From a virus: 64,000 nt of DNA. The notes under the pieces were generated by a model. The model saw only the letters and a program-made list of their open reading frames with translations, was not told the origin of the DNA and made no database searches. The translations under genes were made by a program, and so were the position numbers. The DNA is taken from positions 27,077-91,076 of IMG/VR virus record IMGVR_UViG_3300008262_002626. One strand, 5' to 3'. This document shows positions 42,118 through 51,154 of the stretch, one piece after another (within the stretch, counting starts at the first letter, position 1; the number at the start of each line of letters is the position of its first letter).

Positions 42118-42146
42118 ATTATACCCTCGTGGGCCCAATCTGTCAA
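42118..42146 (-). promoter_or_regulatory. inverted copy of the early promoter
   Basis: GGTTGACA-17-TATAATATACACAT on the minus strand. Confidence 0.85.
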
Positions 42147-42254
42147 CCGAAAGGCCGGAATACCCGAGTAACCTGTAGGGTCTTTAGACATAGGGGTTGA
42201 CAATTTGGGCTAGGTATGTAATAATACACATACTGCAACAAAGGAGCGAACTTT

Positions 42255-44943
42255 ATGCAAACAAACTGCCTAGCCCGTGCTACACTAGTAAAAAGCCGTA
42301 AATTGCAAAATACGCAATTTTATAAACTCAAAGTAGCATTTAATGTTACGCAAGTAAACCCTGTCACCGGCAAGTATATTTTCCCTACACAAAAAGCCTG
42401 CGCTTATGTAAGCGGAGACATACAAATAGACGAATTAGGGCGTGTGCTTGTTAATGTGCAAAATGTTATCCGTAGCAAAAATATAGAACTTGTATAACTT
42501 GTAGGGTTATTGCACAGCAAGTTGACATTTTGGACTTGCTGTGCTATAATTGTTTTTTAAGTAGCAAAAGGAGCGATAAATGCAAAAACTTACACTAGTG
42601 CGTTACGAACGTGACGAAGACTGTATTATTACAGAGTTTGCTTGCGAATATGCAGTTACTACAGCTGGAGACGGCTTGTGGGGGTGCGAAGCAGGTAGGA
42701 AAGTAAATGTTACAGGTATTACTATTATTAATAACATTTACGACGGCGAGATTTATACGCAAGTAAATGTTACACACGACAGTACTTGGGACATTTATAC
42801 AGACACGGGTTTTGAAACTGCTATTAGCGACGCTTTAGGCTTTGCTGTTACATTTACAGAACAAGGTATGCAAGACGACGAGTTTGCGAGTATGGAAGCA
42901 TAAAACAAATAGCACAGCACAGTTGACATTTTGGCTGTGCTGTGCTATACTGTTGTTTTAGTAGTTAGAAGGAGCGAAAATGCGTAAAGTAGACAAGGTG
43001 CTAGCACTGCTAGCAGAGGCACGTGCATTGTGCGACGAGCTTACTATTGACGGTGTTAAGTTTGGTGAGGACACAGACTGCGATAACGCTTTTTATGACG
43101 TGTTTGAGAAGCTGGATACTGCACAGGAGGCAGTGGGCTTTTACTTTGATTTGGAATAAGGAGCGACAATGTTGACAGCAAAACAAAAAATTGAGAAGTT
43201 GCAGGAAGCTATTGCACTGCTACAAGATGTAGATGCACTACAGCAAGTAGGCATGGAAGGCTTTGACAGTGACGTGTGCTATGAATTGCACAATGAGATT
43301 GAGAACATTATAGACACGCTAGGCGAGGCTATAGGGGAGTTAGAGGTAGAGAATGCTTAATAGTATTTTAAAGTGGACTGCGCTTGCGGCAACGCTGACG
43401 GGTGCAGGCTTCACTGCCTTTGAGCTACACTTTGCCAACAGAGAGTTGCTGGCACTGGGTAGCCTGCTGTACTTGGTATGGAGTGTACGCATTAGAGAGG
43501 CTAACTTGATAGCTGTTAACGCAGGCCTATTAGCCCTATACGCTGTAGGGTTATTCTTGAAGTAGGTTGACTGTTTGGGCTAGGCTTGCTATAATTTGGG
43601 CATAAGGAGCCGTTATGTACAATCAAGTCAAGCTAGCCCGTTTTGCCGCTAAAAATAACCTTACACTTTTCCAGCTTATTGAATACTGGAACTTTTTCGA
43701 CGAGGACGCACCTGCGGACATTGTCCAAGCATACGAAGCATTTTTTGCGGAATATAGGGACAATGTACAGGAGGAAGTCCGCATGGCACTAAAATAACCC
43801 TTCGGTTGACAGGGCGATCGTTTGGTGCTATAATATACACATACTAAAGGAGCGAACCTATGTTAAATGTCGATAAAGTAGCCCGGGTCTATTCCGGCAA
43901 GATTGGTTGTATGTGTGGTTGCAAGGGCAAGTACACCTACAATGAGGGCGTGGCCCACGAGGACTGGCAGGGTGCGGTCAATGTGCGTACCGTGCGTCTG
44001 TTCACCAAGCAGGTCTTGTCTCACCCTAATGTCAAGTGGGAAGACAATATTGCTTTCGTTGAGGAAGCAGGCCGCATTAAGGTTGTATTCTTTAAGGAGC
44101 AGGAATGATAACTGCTGACACGCTGAGTCGTATGACCACCTTCTCTGCAGAGGGCCTTACCGCCCTTATCCGCAAGGCCGGCTACAAGAAGGACAGCTTC
44201 AAAGAGGCCCAGTTCCTGGGCATAACCAATGGTGGGCAATACTGTTACAAGGTGCTCTACTTCGATGGGTTTATGGGCGAGGATGCTTGGACTAAGGTGT
44301 TCGTAACGCATGACCAGTTTGAGCAGACTACTGTAGCAGACTACTAGGTTGACAGATTGGCTAGGGTGTGCTATAATATACACATACTAAGGAGAGCGAC
44401 ATGGCACTAGTAGACGGACAAAGAGTTAAAGTTGGCGACTGGGTCTGCTTTAAGAGCGACATAGAACAGTCGGGTAGGATTACTGCAATCCTCAATGGCA
44501 ACAGGCTCGTACTTGAAAACCCTAATGGCTTCCAGGGCGATTACATTGGCGGGCTTGAAACTACAATGCAGTCAGCGGTTGACTGTTGGATAGAGTGACA
44601 GTATAATACAGTTAATGGGCGGTACAGGCAGTCCTAGGTAATACCTTAATGCAGAGTCAAATCAAGTGCGTGCCTACTCTGCGCCCACCCTTCAACAAAC
44701 AAGGAGCGAACCATGCGAGTACAAGACCTAATTGACGAGCTGAAGGCATATGACCCTGAAGCTGAAGTGCATTTCCACTATAACTATGGCGACCACTGGC
44801 GTACCCAAGTAGCACCCAAAGTCACCGAAGTGTTTGACGGCCCTGTAGAGTACAGTGAGTACCACCGTATGCACAAGCTGGCTGACGAGGACTACGACGA
44901 CGAGTGTGGCGAAAATACTACACGGGTTGTGATCATTGGTTGA
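42255..44943 (+). CDS. series of small early hypothetical ORFs (42255, 42580, 42980, 43169, 43353, 43615, 43860, 44105, 44401, 44713)
   Basis: most have their own promoter and/or a GGAGC-type RBS. Confidence 0.75.
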
Positions 44944-45000
44944 CAAGTTGACCAATTGAGCATACAATAGAGTTATAGTAAACAACTAGGAGCGAAACAA

Positions 45001-45468
45001 ATGGCTACACGTTCAACTATTGCGCTGGAATTTGCAGACGGTACTGTTCAACAAGTCTACTGCCACTGGGACGGTTACTTGGACAACAACGGCAAACTCC
45101 TGCTCAACAACTACAAAGACCCTTTCAAACTGCGTGACCTTATTGACTTAGGCGACATTAGCTCGCTAGGTCCTGAGATCGGCGAGAAGCACGACTTTGA
45201 CATTCCGCACAAATACGGTACACCGGAGTACGAAGCGGAGCAACGGGTGCGTCAGGGCATTACTACTTTCTACGGACGTGACCGTGGCGAAGAAGGCACC
45301 CAAGCCCGTAAGTTTAAGGACTACGCTGACTATCGTGCCAATGCACAGTTCGAGGAATACAACTACTGCCTGCGTAAAGACGGCAACTGGTATGTTGAGT
45401 TCTACGGTCGCTTTGACGGCTTGCTGGAGCAGGCTATTATTGAAGCAGAAGCAATGGAGGCAGCATGA
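45001..45468 (+). CDS. conserved phage protein (MATRS...YCHWDGY)
   Basis: promoter, RBS and a recognisable motif. Confidence 0.75.
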   Translation: MATRSTIALEFADGTVQQVYCHWDGYLDNNGKLLLNNYKDPFKLRDLIDLGDISSLGPEIGEKHDFDIPHKYGTPEYEAEQRVRQGITTFYGRDRGEEGTQARKFKDYADYRANAQFEEYNYCLRKDGNWYVEFYGRFDGLLEQAIIEAEAMEAA

Positions 45469-45669
45469 AAGCCTATGTAACTACTATCCTGCGTCAAGAG
45501 ATTGAAGTACCTGAGGGTTGGGACCGTATGGATGTGTTTGACTTCCTTGGAGAGTATCAGAGCTTTCGTACCGCCTTCCAGGGTGTAAGCAACGAAGATC
45601 AAACAGCTCGTATCATTGACGTAATGGTCCTAGAAGAAGAAGTTACTGAACTTGGCGAGGAGGCCTACG

Positions 45670-45825
45670 ATGACTAAATTTTGGATGGTAACTGAAGACC
45701 CGATGTATGACGAAGACGGGCAACTGGTAGACGAGGACTACATTGACCCAGATGAGTGGGACGAAGCATTTCCTCCGGAAGAGATCGACGAAACCTACGA
45801 TCCTTTTGAAACTGTTAATAGCTAG
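45670..45825 (+). CDS. very acidic 51-aa protein
   Basis: GAGGAGG SD; 19 D/E and 1 K. Confidence 0.6.
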   Translation: MTKFWMVTEDPMYDEDGQLVDEDYIDPDEWDEAFPPEEIDETYDPFETVNS

Positions 45826-45843
45826 TTCGCTCCTAGCACGGCC

Positions 45844-45873
45844 AGACCCCCTCCGACATGGGGGTCTTTTTTT
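45844..45873 (+). terminator. rho-independent terminator
   Basis: AGACCCCC/GGGGGTCT stem plus T-run. Confidence 0.85.
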
Positions 45874-46515
45874 GGTTGACACCTAGCCCAAACGATGTTA
45901 TAATATACACATACTAAGGAGAGCGACATGCAGATCGAAGGACTGAACAAAACCCAGCGAGCCCTAGCAGACATCATGTGGGGCATGGACAGCAAGGATC
46001 AGGTCACAGCATTCATCGGATCACTGCGTGGACAGCAACAGCGTGACGCCCAAACCGTGCTAGAACTGATGCTGTTAGCCATTTGGGACGAGTGCGAAGA
46101 TACCCAGGATGCCTGTAGGGTTATTGATCAGTTCCGGTTGACAGACTGAGTCCAATTTGCTATACTATAGGCTAAGTTAAACAAAAGGAGCGACAGATGA
46201 ACATAGCAACTATCGAACAGTATGTGGATGGTATCAACCGTTGGGGTGCCCTGTTTGGTAACAAACCCCTGAGCCTGCTCAACGCCAAGGACCGTCAAAA
46301 GATTGCAGATCGCATTGACTCTGACCTTAGCCCTGAGAACTTGACCTGCGATGGTGAACTGCCCCGTAGCCAAGTCCAGCAACGCTACCAGTTCCTGACC
46401 CGTGCGGCCCGTGAACTGCAAAGCATTGACCCTTCAGTAACCTTTTACGAATTCAGTTGACAATAGGGCCGAAAGGCCCTATAATTGATACATACTTAAA
46501 CACAAGGAGCGACTT

Positions 46516-47151
46516 ATGCCAAATTGGTGCAACAACACACTAGAGATTACCCATCCTGATCCTGCTATGATTGAGCGGGCGCGGGTGGCATTCGCAGAGG
46601 GCAGACTGCTTGACGAGTTTGTGCCTGTGCCCAAGGACTTGCATATCGTAGCGGGCCGTGTAGGTGCCGACAACGACCCTAAACAGATTGAACTAGAAGC
46701 ACAAGAGAAGAGCAACCTAGACAAGTATGGCTACAAGACTTGGTATGACTTCTGTGTCAACGAATGGGGCACCAAGTGGGATGTAGGTGGCGATGGCTAC
46801 GAAGCACAGGATATCCCTAACGGGTTGATCATGTCGTTTGATAGTGCATGGGCCCCTCCTTGCAATGCCTACGAGAAGATGTTGGACTTGGGTTTCAGCA
46901 TCCGTGCTACTTACTACGAACCCGGTATGGCTTTCTGCGGTGAGTGGGAAGACGGTAACGATGACTTCTACGACATCAGCAACATGACTAGCGATCAAGT
47001 TCGTGACCTGTTGCCCGAGCATCTCGATGAATCCTATGGTATTAGCGAGTGCATTGCCGAGTATGAGAATGAAGAAAAGGACGAGGTCCAAACATGGTAT
47101 GAAGAGGGTGTGGAATCAAAAGGATTGGAGCCACACAAAGTAAATGAGTAA
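46516..47151 (+). CDS. YubB/DUF1281-like ferredoxin-fold protein
   Basis: MPNWCNN, WGTKWD, FDSAWAPP, YYEPG. Confidence 0.8.
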   Translation: MPNWCNNTLEITHPDPAMIERARVAFAEGRLLDEFVPVPKDLHIVAGRVGADNDPKQIELEAQEKSNLDKYGYKTWYDFCVNEWGTKWDVGGDGYEAQDIPNGLIMSFDSAWAPPCNAYEKMLDLGFSIRATYYEPGMAFCGEWEDGNDDFYDISNMTSDQVRDLLPEHLDESYGISECIAEYENEEKDEVQTWYEEGVESKGLEPHKVNE

Positions 47152-47489
47152 ACTAGAGATCTACCTAAGGCCGCTGGTGCTGTTTGATGCAAGTAACAAA
47201 GAGCACCGGCAGCTCTACTTTAACTATTTGGCAACAGGTGGTTGGGCAGGATGTCCATATCGGTTCGCTATAGCAGAAGATTATGGGAACTTGATTGGAC
47301 ATATACAGCGAGAGCTTTTGGAATACTATATGGGCCGCGAGTTCAAAGGTAAGATCAAAGAAACAAGAGTTTTGGTTCGCCAAAAGAAGAAGAAAAAGGT
47401 TGACAACTGACCCAAATAGTTGTACAATATGGACATGCTAAGGAAACTGGCATAAACTAACTAAACCACACACAGAAAGAGGTATTAAA

Positions 47490-47849
47490 ATGGCTACAGA
47501 TAAATTGTTTAACGTTTGCGGTGTTTCGAAGCTTGATGGTGAGTACAAGGTGCGCTTTGCTACTGACATCATGCGTATCAAAGTACTTGCTAAACACGGT
47601 CACGAAGACATTCGTTTGGCTGAGTTGGACAAGGCTGTTTCTAAGTACGAAGCAGTTACTCAGATCAAGACCATGGCTGAGTTCGCTGATGCGGCTGCTC
47701 AGGCTGCTATCGCTGAGTACCTTGAGGACAAAGCACCTAAGGCTCCTAAAGCTAAGGCAGCTCCTGCTCCTAAGGCTAAGGCTGCTAAGGCACCTGCCAA
47801 AGCTACTAAGGCTAAGGTTGAAGCTGATCTCGAAGACGCACCTTTCTAA
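47490..47849 (+). CDS. protein with Ala/Lys/Pro-rich (histone H1-like) tail
   Basis: KAPKAPKAKAAPAPKAKAAK. Confidence 0.7.
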   Translation: MATDKLFNVCGVSKLDGEYKVRFATDIMRIKVLAKHGHEDIRLAELDKAVSKYEAVTQIKTMAEFADAAAQAAIAEYLEDKAPKAPKAKAAPAPKAKAAKAPAKATKAKVEADLEDAPF

Positions 47850-48104
47850 GAGACTAAACAGAACGGCCCGGGTGCGATTCCCGGGCATCACTTCATATAC
47901 ACGACTAACATGAGCTGGACGCAATACGAAGTTTGGGCCGAAATGGATGGCCACCAAGAACTGATCGAAACCACACATTCCCGGAAAGAAGCAATAGCAC
48001 TAGCAGAGAAGACATTCAATGACGGGTGCGATTTCGTGGAAGTATTTGAAGAAACCAGTGATGGTGACTACCAATCAATCAAACAACTAAGTAGATAGAG
48101 TGTA

Positions 48105-48181
48105 GGGCCTATAGCTCAGTTGGTTAGAGCAGTGGACTCATAATCCATTGGTCCCTGGTTCGAACCCAGGTGGGCCCACCA
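48105..48181 (+). tRNA. tRNA with CAT anticodon, probably Ile2 (lysidine type)
   Basis: cloverleaf, GACTCATAATC anticodon arm, GGTTCGAA, encoded CCA. Confidence 0.9.
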
Positions 48182-48186
48182 ACATT

Positions 48187-48263
48187 CTGCCCTTAGTTCA
48201 GCTGGATAGAACAACGGCCTTCTAAGCCGTAGGTCAGAGGTTCGAGTCCTCTAGGGCAGGCCA
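48187..48263 (+). tRNA. tRNA-Arg(TCT)
   Basis: CTGCCCT/AGGGCAG acceptor stem, CTTCTAA loop, encoded CCA. Confidence 0.93.
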
Positions 48264-48362
48264 ACACAGGGTGTTGTATTAATACAACATCCTTTTCTTT
48301 TGGTTGACAGATTGGCTAGTCGGTGCTATAATATACACATACTGAAACATTAGGAGCGAACA

Positions 48363-50085
48363 ATGATCAGAGTCTTTAATTCAGCAAACCCCGGTTCCGA
48401 GCAGATCCTCGACGAGCAAGATGTTACAGTTCGTGGCATCCGGCTCAACGCATTCAACGAACCCATCCTCACTTTCGCCCACCCAGACTTCCCTTTAGGA
48501 GATCTCCGTGCTACCTACTCGGGCACGATTTGGCAGTGCGATCTTGATTGACAACCGGACCGTTTGGGCTTATAATATACACATACTAAGGAGAGCGATA
48601 TGATTACACTAGAAACTCGAGAGAACTATGATACCACCCACGGCGGCCCATTTGACCGTGGCTCAGCAGACAGCTACTACGGTCGCCCACGTGATCCGCA
48701 CTGGTATCCAGAGGGCACCTACAACGGTGAGCGCATCACTAAAGATGCTATGACTCCTCAGCAGATCCAAGCCTACCTCGCAGGCTACCAATACAATGAG
48801 CAGTTCGGTGACAAGAAGGACTGGGGTTAATATGGAACTCTTCAAAGAAGACCTCAAGATGCTGGGCTATGCCCTAGTGGTCTACGCTGTGCCCTTGACG
48901 ATCTACTGGCTTTTTATTGGTTGACAGTTTGGGCCCGTGGTGCTATACTATAGGCTAAGTTAAACAAAAGGAGCGAACTATGATGCTAGTAATCCGTACA
49001 CAATACATGGAAAACTATGGTGCCCACGACTGGGACGGTACTGGTGCTTGCCCCCAGTACTGGAAGTTCAAGGGCGGTAGCGAGTACAAGGTCGTTGGCG
49101 TTCCTCTTAACATCGACTACGCAGAAGTGGTCGCTATGGCGGGTGTAGAAACCGACAACGACTACTGCCGTGAGTATGTCCTGGATTGGAGCATCGAGGG
49201 CGATGACTACCTCTCCGAGTTCGAGAAGAGTCAGCTGGAGTATGAAGGTGAGATCCAGTTCAAGGAGCCTGTGATCGAATACGCAGAGCTCAACGATCGT
49301 TACGAAGATCCCCGGGCCTATGCAGAAGCAGCCGCTGATGCCGACGCCCAATACTATGGAGCCTAATATGACTGACATCCTAATCCTAGCCTTTCTCGAA
49401 ACTATTGAACTCTGGGCTTTCCTGAGCATACTGGCAATAGCCCTAGCCTTTGAAGGGTTAATCAACTGGTACAGATCTAAAACGGTTGACAACCCATCCA
49501 TTTGGTAATATACTATAGGCTAAGTTAAACAAAAGGAGCGAACCATGCAATACACTGTAGAACAAATCCGAGACATCGTAGCTGAAGCTAGCACTGCCGC
49601 TACTGAAGCCGCAACCCTGTTCTTCCAAACTCGACTAGGCGGCCGTGATCAATACGCCTGTGGCTTTGCCTGGGTAGACATCCTGGGCATCAAAGGCAAC
49701 ACCAAGCTGGGCCGCGCAATGAAAGAGGCAGGCATCCGCAAGAGCTACACTGGATCATTCCAATTGTGGAACCCATCAGGTCTGCCCGTACAGAACGTAG
49801 ACACTCTGGAAGCGGGTGCAGATGCGGCCGCTAAGGTCTTCCAGAAGTATGGTTTCACTGCCTACGCTGGTAGCAGACTGGACTAAGGAGCAGACCATGA
49901 GCAACCAATGGCGAGTAGGTTTTACTGTATATTTGAACGATGCTATGACCGAAACACAATCAGATCTAACCAATCTGGAGACTGTGGTCACAGCATTCCA
50001 ACCCAGCCAAGCAGAAGCTATGGTCCGGGCACAGTATAACAATAGAGCACATATTTGGTACTGTCGCCCAGCCGAATGGGCTTGA
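48363..50085 (+). CDS. series of small early hypothetical ORFs (48363, 48600, 48980, 49545 and others)
   Basis: promoter plus RBS cassettes. Confidence 0.75.
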
Positions 50086-50138
50086 CAACTAGACCAAGCG
50101 ATCTTATAATTAATGTTTTACACACAGGAGCGATTTAA

Positions 50139-51023
50139 ATGGCAAGAGTTATGACCCTAGCGGCAGTTACTGAAAAGACTCGTTCAAAGCGTTCAGGCAC
50201 CAGTGAGAGCCTGGAGATGGAGCCTATTGAGAAAGTACTAGTAGAGTCAGATGAAGAAATCATGAACCGTTTGGCTGCTCGTTTCGAAATCCTTATGGAG
50301 ATGACACGTGCCGTTAAGAAGGGCGATGTTCGTGCAATGATCGTATCAGGCCCTCCGGGTGTGGGCAAATCGTTTGGTGTTGAGCAGGTCTTGTCAAAGC
50401 ATGATGTGTTTGCAGATGTAGCCAACGATACTAAACTTAAGAAGTACGAAGTGGTCAAGGGTGCTATGAGTGCCATTGGTTTGTACAAGAAGCTCTACGA
50501 GTTCTCAGATCGCAAGTGTATCCTAGTGTTCGATGACTGTGACTCAGTACTGCTTGATGACCTTAGCCTTAACATCTTGAAAGCCGCTCTGGACAGCTCT
50601 AAGAAGCGTACCATCCACTGGAACACAGACAGTCGATTGCTACGCACAGAAGGTGTGCCCAATTCATTCGAGTTCAAGGGCGGTGCTATCTTTATTACCA
50701 ACATCAAGTTCGATAATGTACGCTCAAAGAAACTGCGTGATCACTTGGAAGCACTGGAGTCACGTTGCCACTACTTGGACTTGACTATTGATACTGCACG
50801 TGAGAAGCTCCTGCGTATCCGTCAGGTAATCCGTGACTGCGGCATGCTTGATGACTATGGGTTTGATGACACAGTCAAAGCACAGGTCGTAGACTTTATT
50901 GAGCGTAACCAAAAGCGTATGCGCGAGCTGAGCCTGCGCATGGTGCTCAAGGTAGCAGATCTAGCTAAGAGCATGCCACACAAGTGGGAAGCTGTAGCAG
51001 AAGTAACTTGCATGAAGCACTAA
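50139..51023 (+). CDS. AAA+ P-loop ATPase
   Basis: GPPGVGKS Walker A, VFDDCD Walker B, ALESR. Confidence 0.9.
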   Translation: MARVMTLAAVTEKTRSKRSGTSESLEMEPIEKVLVESDEEIMNRLAARFEILMEMTRAVKKGDVRAMIVSGPPGVGKSFGVEQVLSKHDVFADVANDTKLKKYEVVKGAMSAIGLYKKLYEFSDRKCILVFDDCDSVLLDDLSLNILKAALDSSKKRTIHWNTDSRLLRTEGVPNSFEFKGGAIFITNIKFDNVRSKKLRDHLEALESRCHYLDLTIDTAREKLLRIRQVIRDCGMLDDYGFDDTVKAQVVDFIERNQKRMRELSLRMVLKVADLAKSMPHKWEAVAEVTCMKH

Positions 51024-51040
51024 TAAGCTACAGCAAGTAG

Positions 51041-51154
51041 GACAGGCCCAACGATTCGCTCCCGGTAAGCCTGTCAAGACCGAACCCGATTCGCTCCCGG
51101 TATTAGGTCATGTTGTGCCCCAGGATTCCTCCCCGGTTTCCTGGGGTTTTTTTT
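51041..51154 (+). ncRNA. candidate anti-RBS small RNA ending in a terminator
   Basis: three hairpins with TTCGCTCC/TTCCTCC loops, then T8. Confidence 0.55.

Larger units (their letters stand above)
40063..50110 (+). promoter_or_regulatory. array of 20 sigma70 consensus early promoters
   Basis: TTGAC(A/T)-17-near-consensus -10, with -35 at 40063, 40447, 41210, 42197, 42522, 42923, 43567, 43806, 44349, 44579, 44940, 45876, 46138, 46457, 47400, 48304, 48548, 48921, 49486, 50082. Confidence 0.92.

Noticed and set aside
41970-42203. 77-aa minus-strand ORF
   Set aside because: It starts with TTG inside one promoter region and spans the reversed promoter with no RBS; better explained as regulatory or ncRNA sequence.
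44616-44687. Twister ribozyme
   Set aside because: Contains TAATGCAG and GCAGAGT fragments, but the P4/L4 element and segment order do not fit; kept only as an unknown structured RNA.
40063-50110. Repeated 28-33 bp units as a CRISPR array or integron
   Set aside because: The repeats are promoter/RBS sequences separated by whole genes of variable length; there is no cas gene, integrase or attC-like structure in the window.
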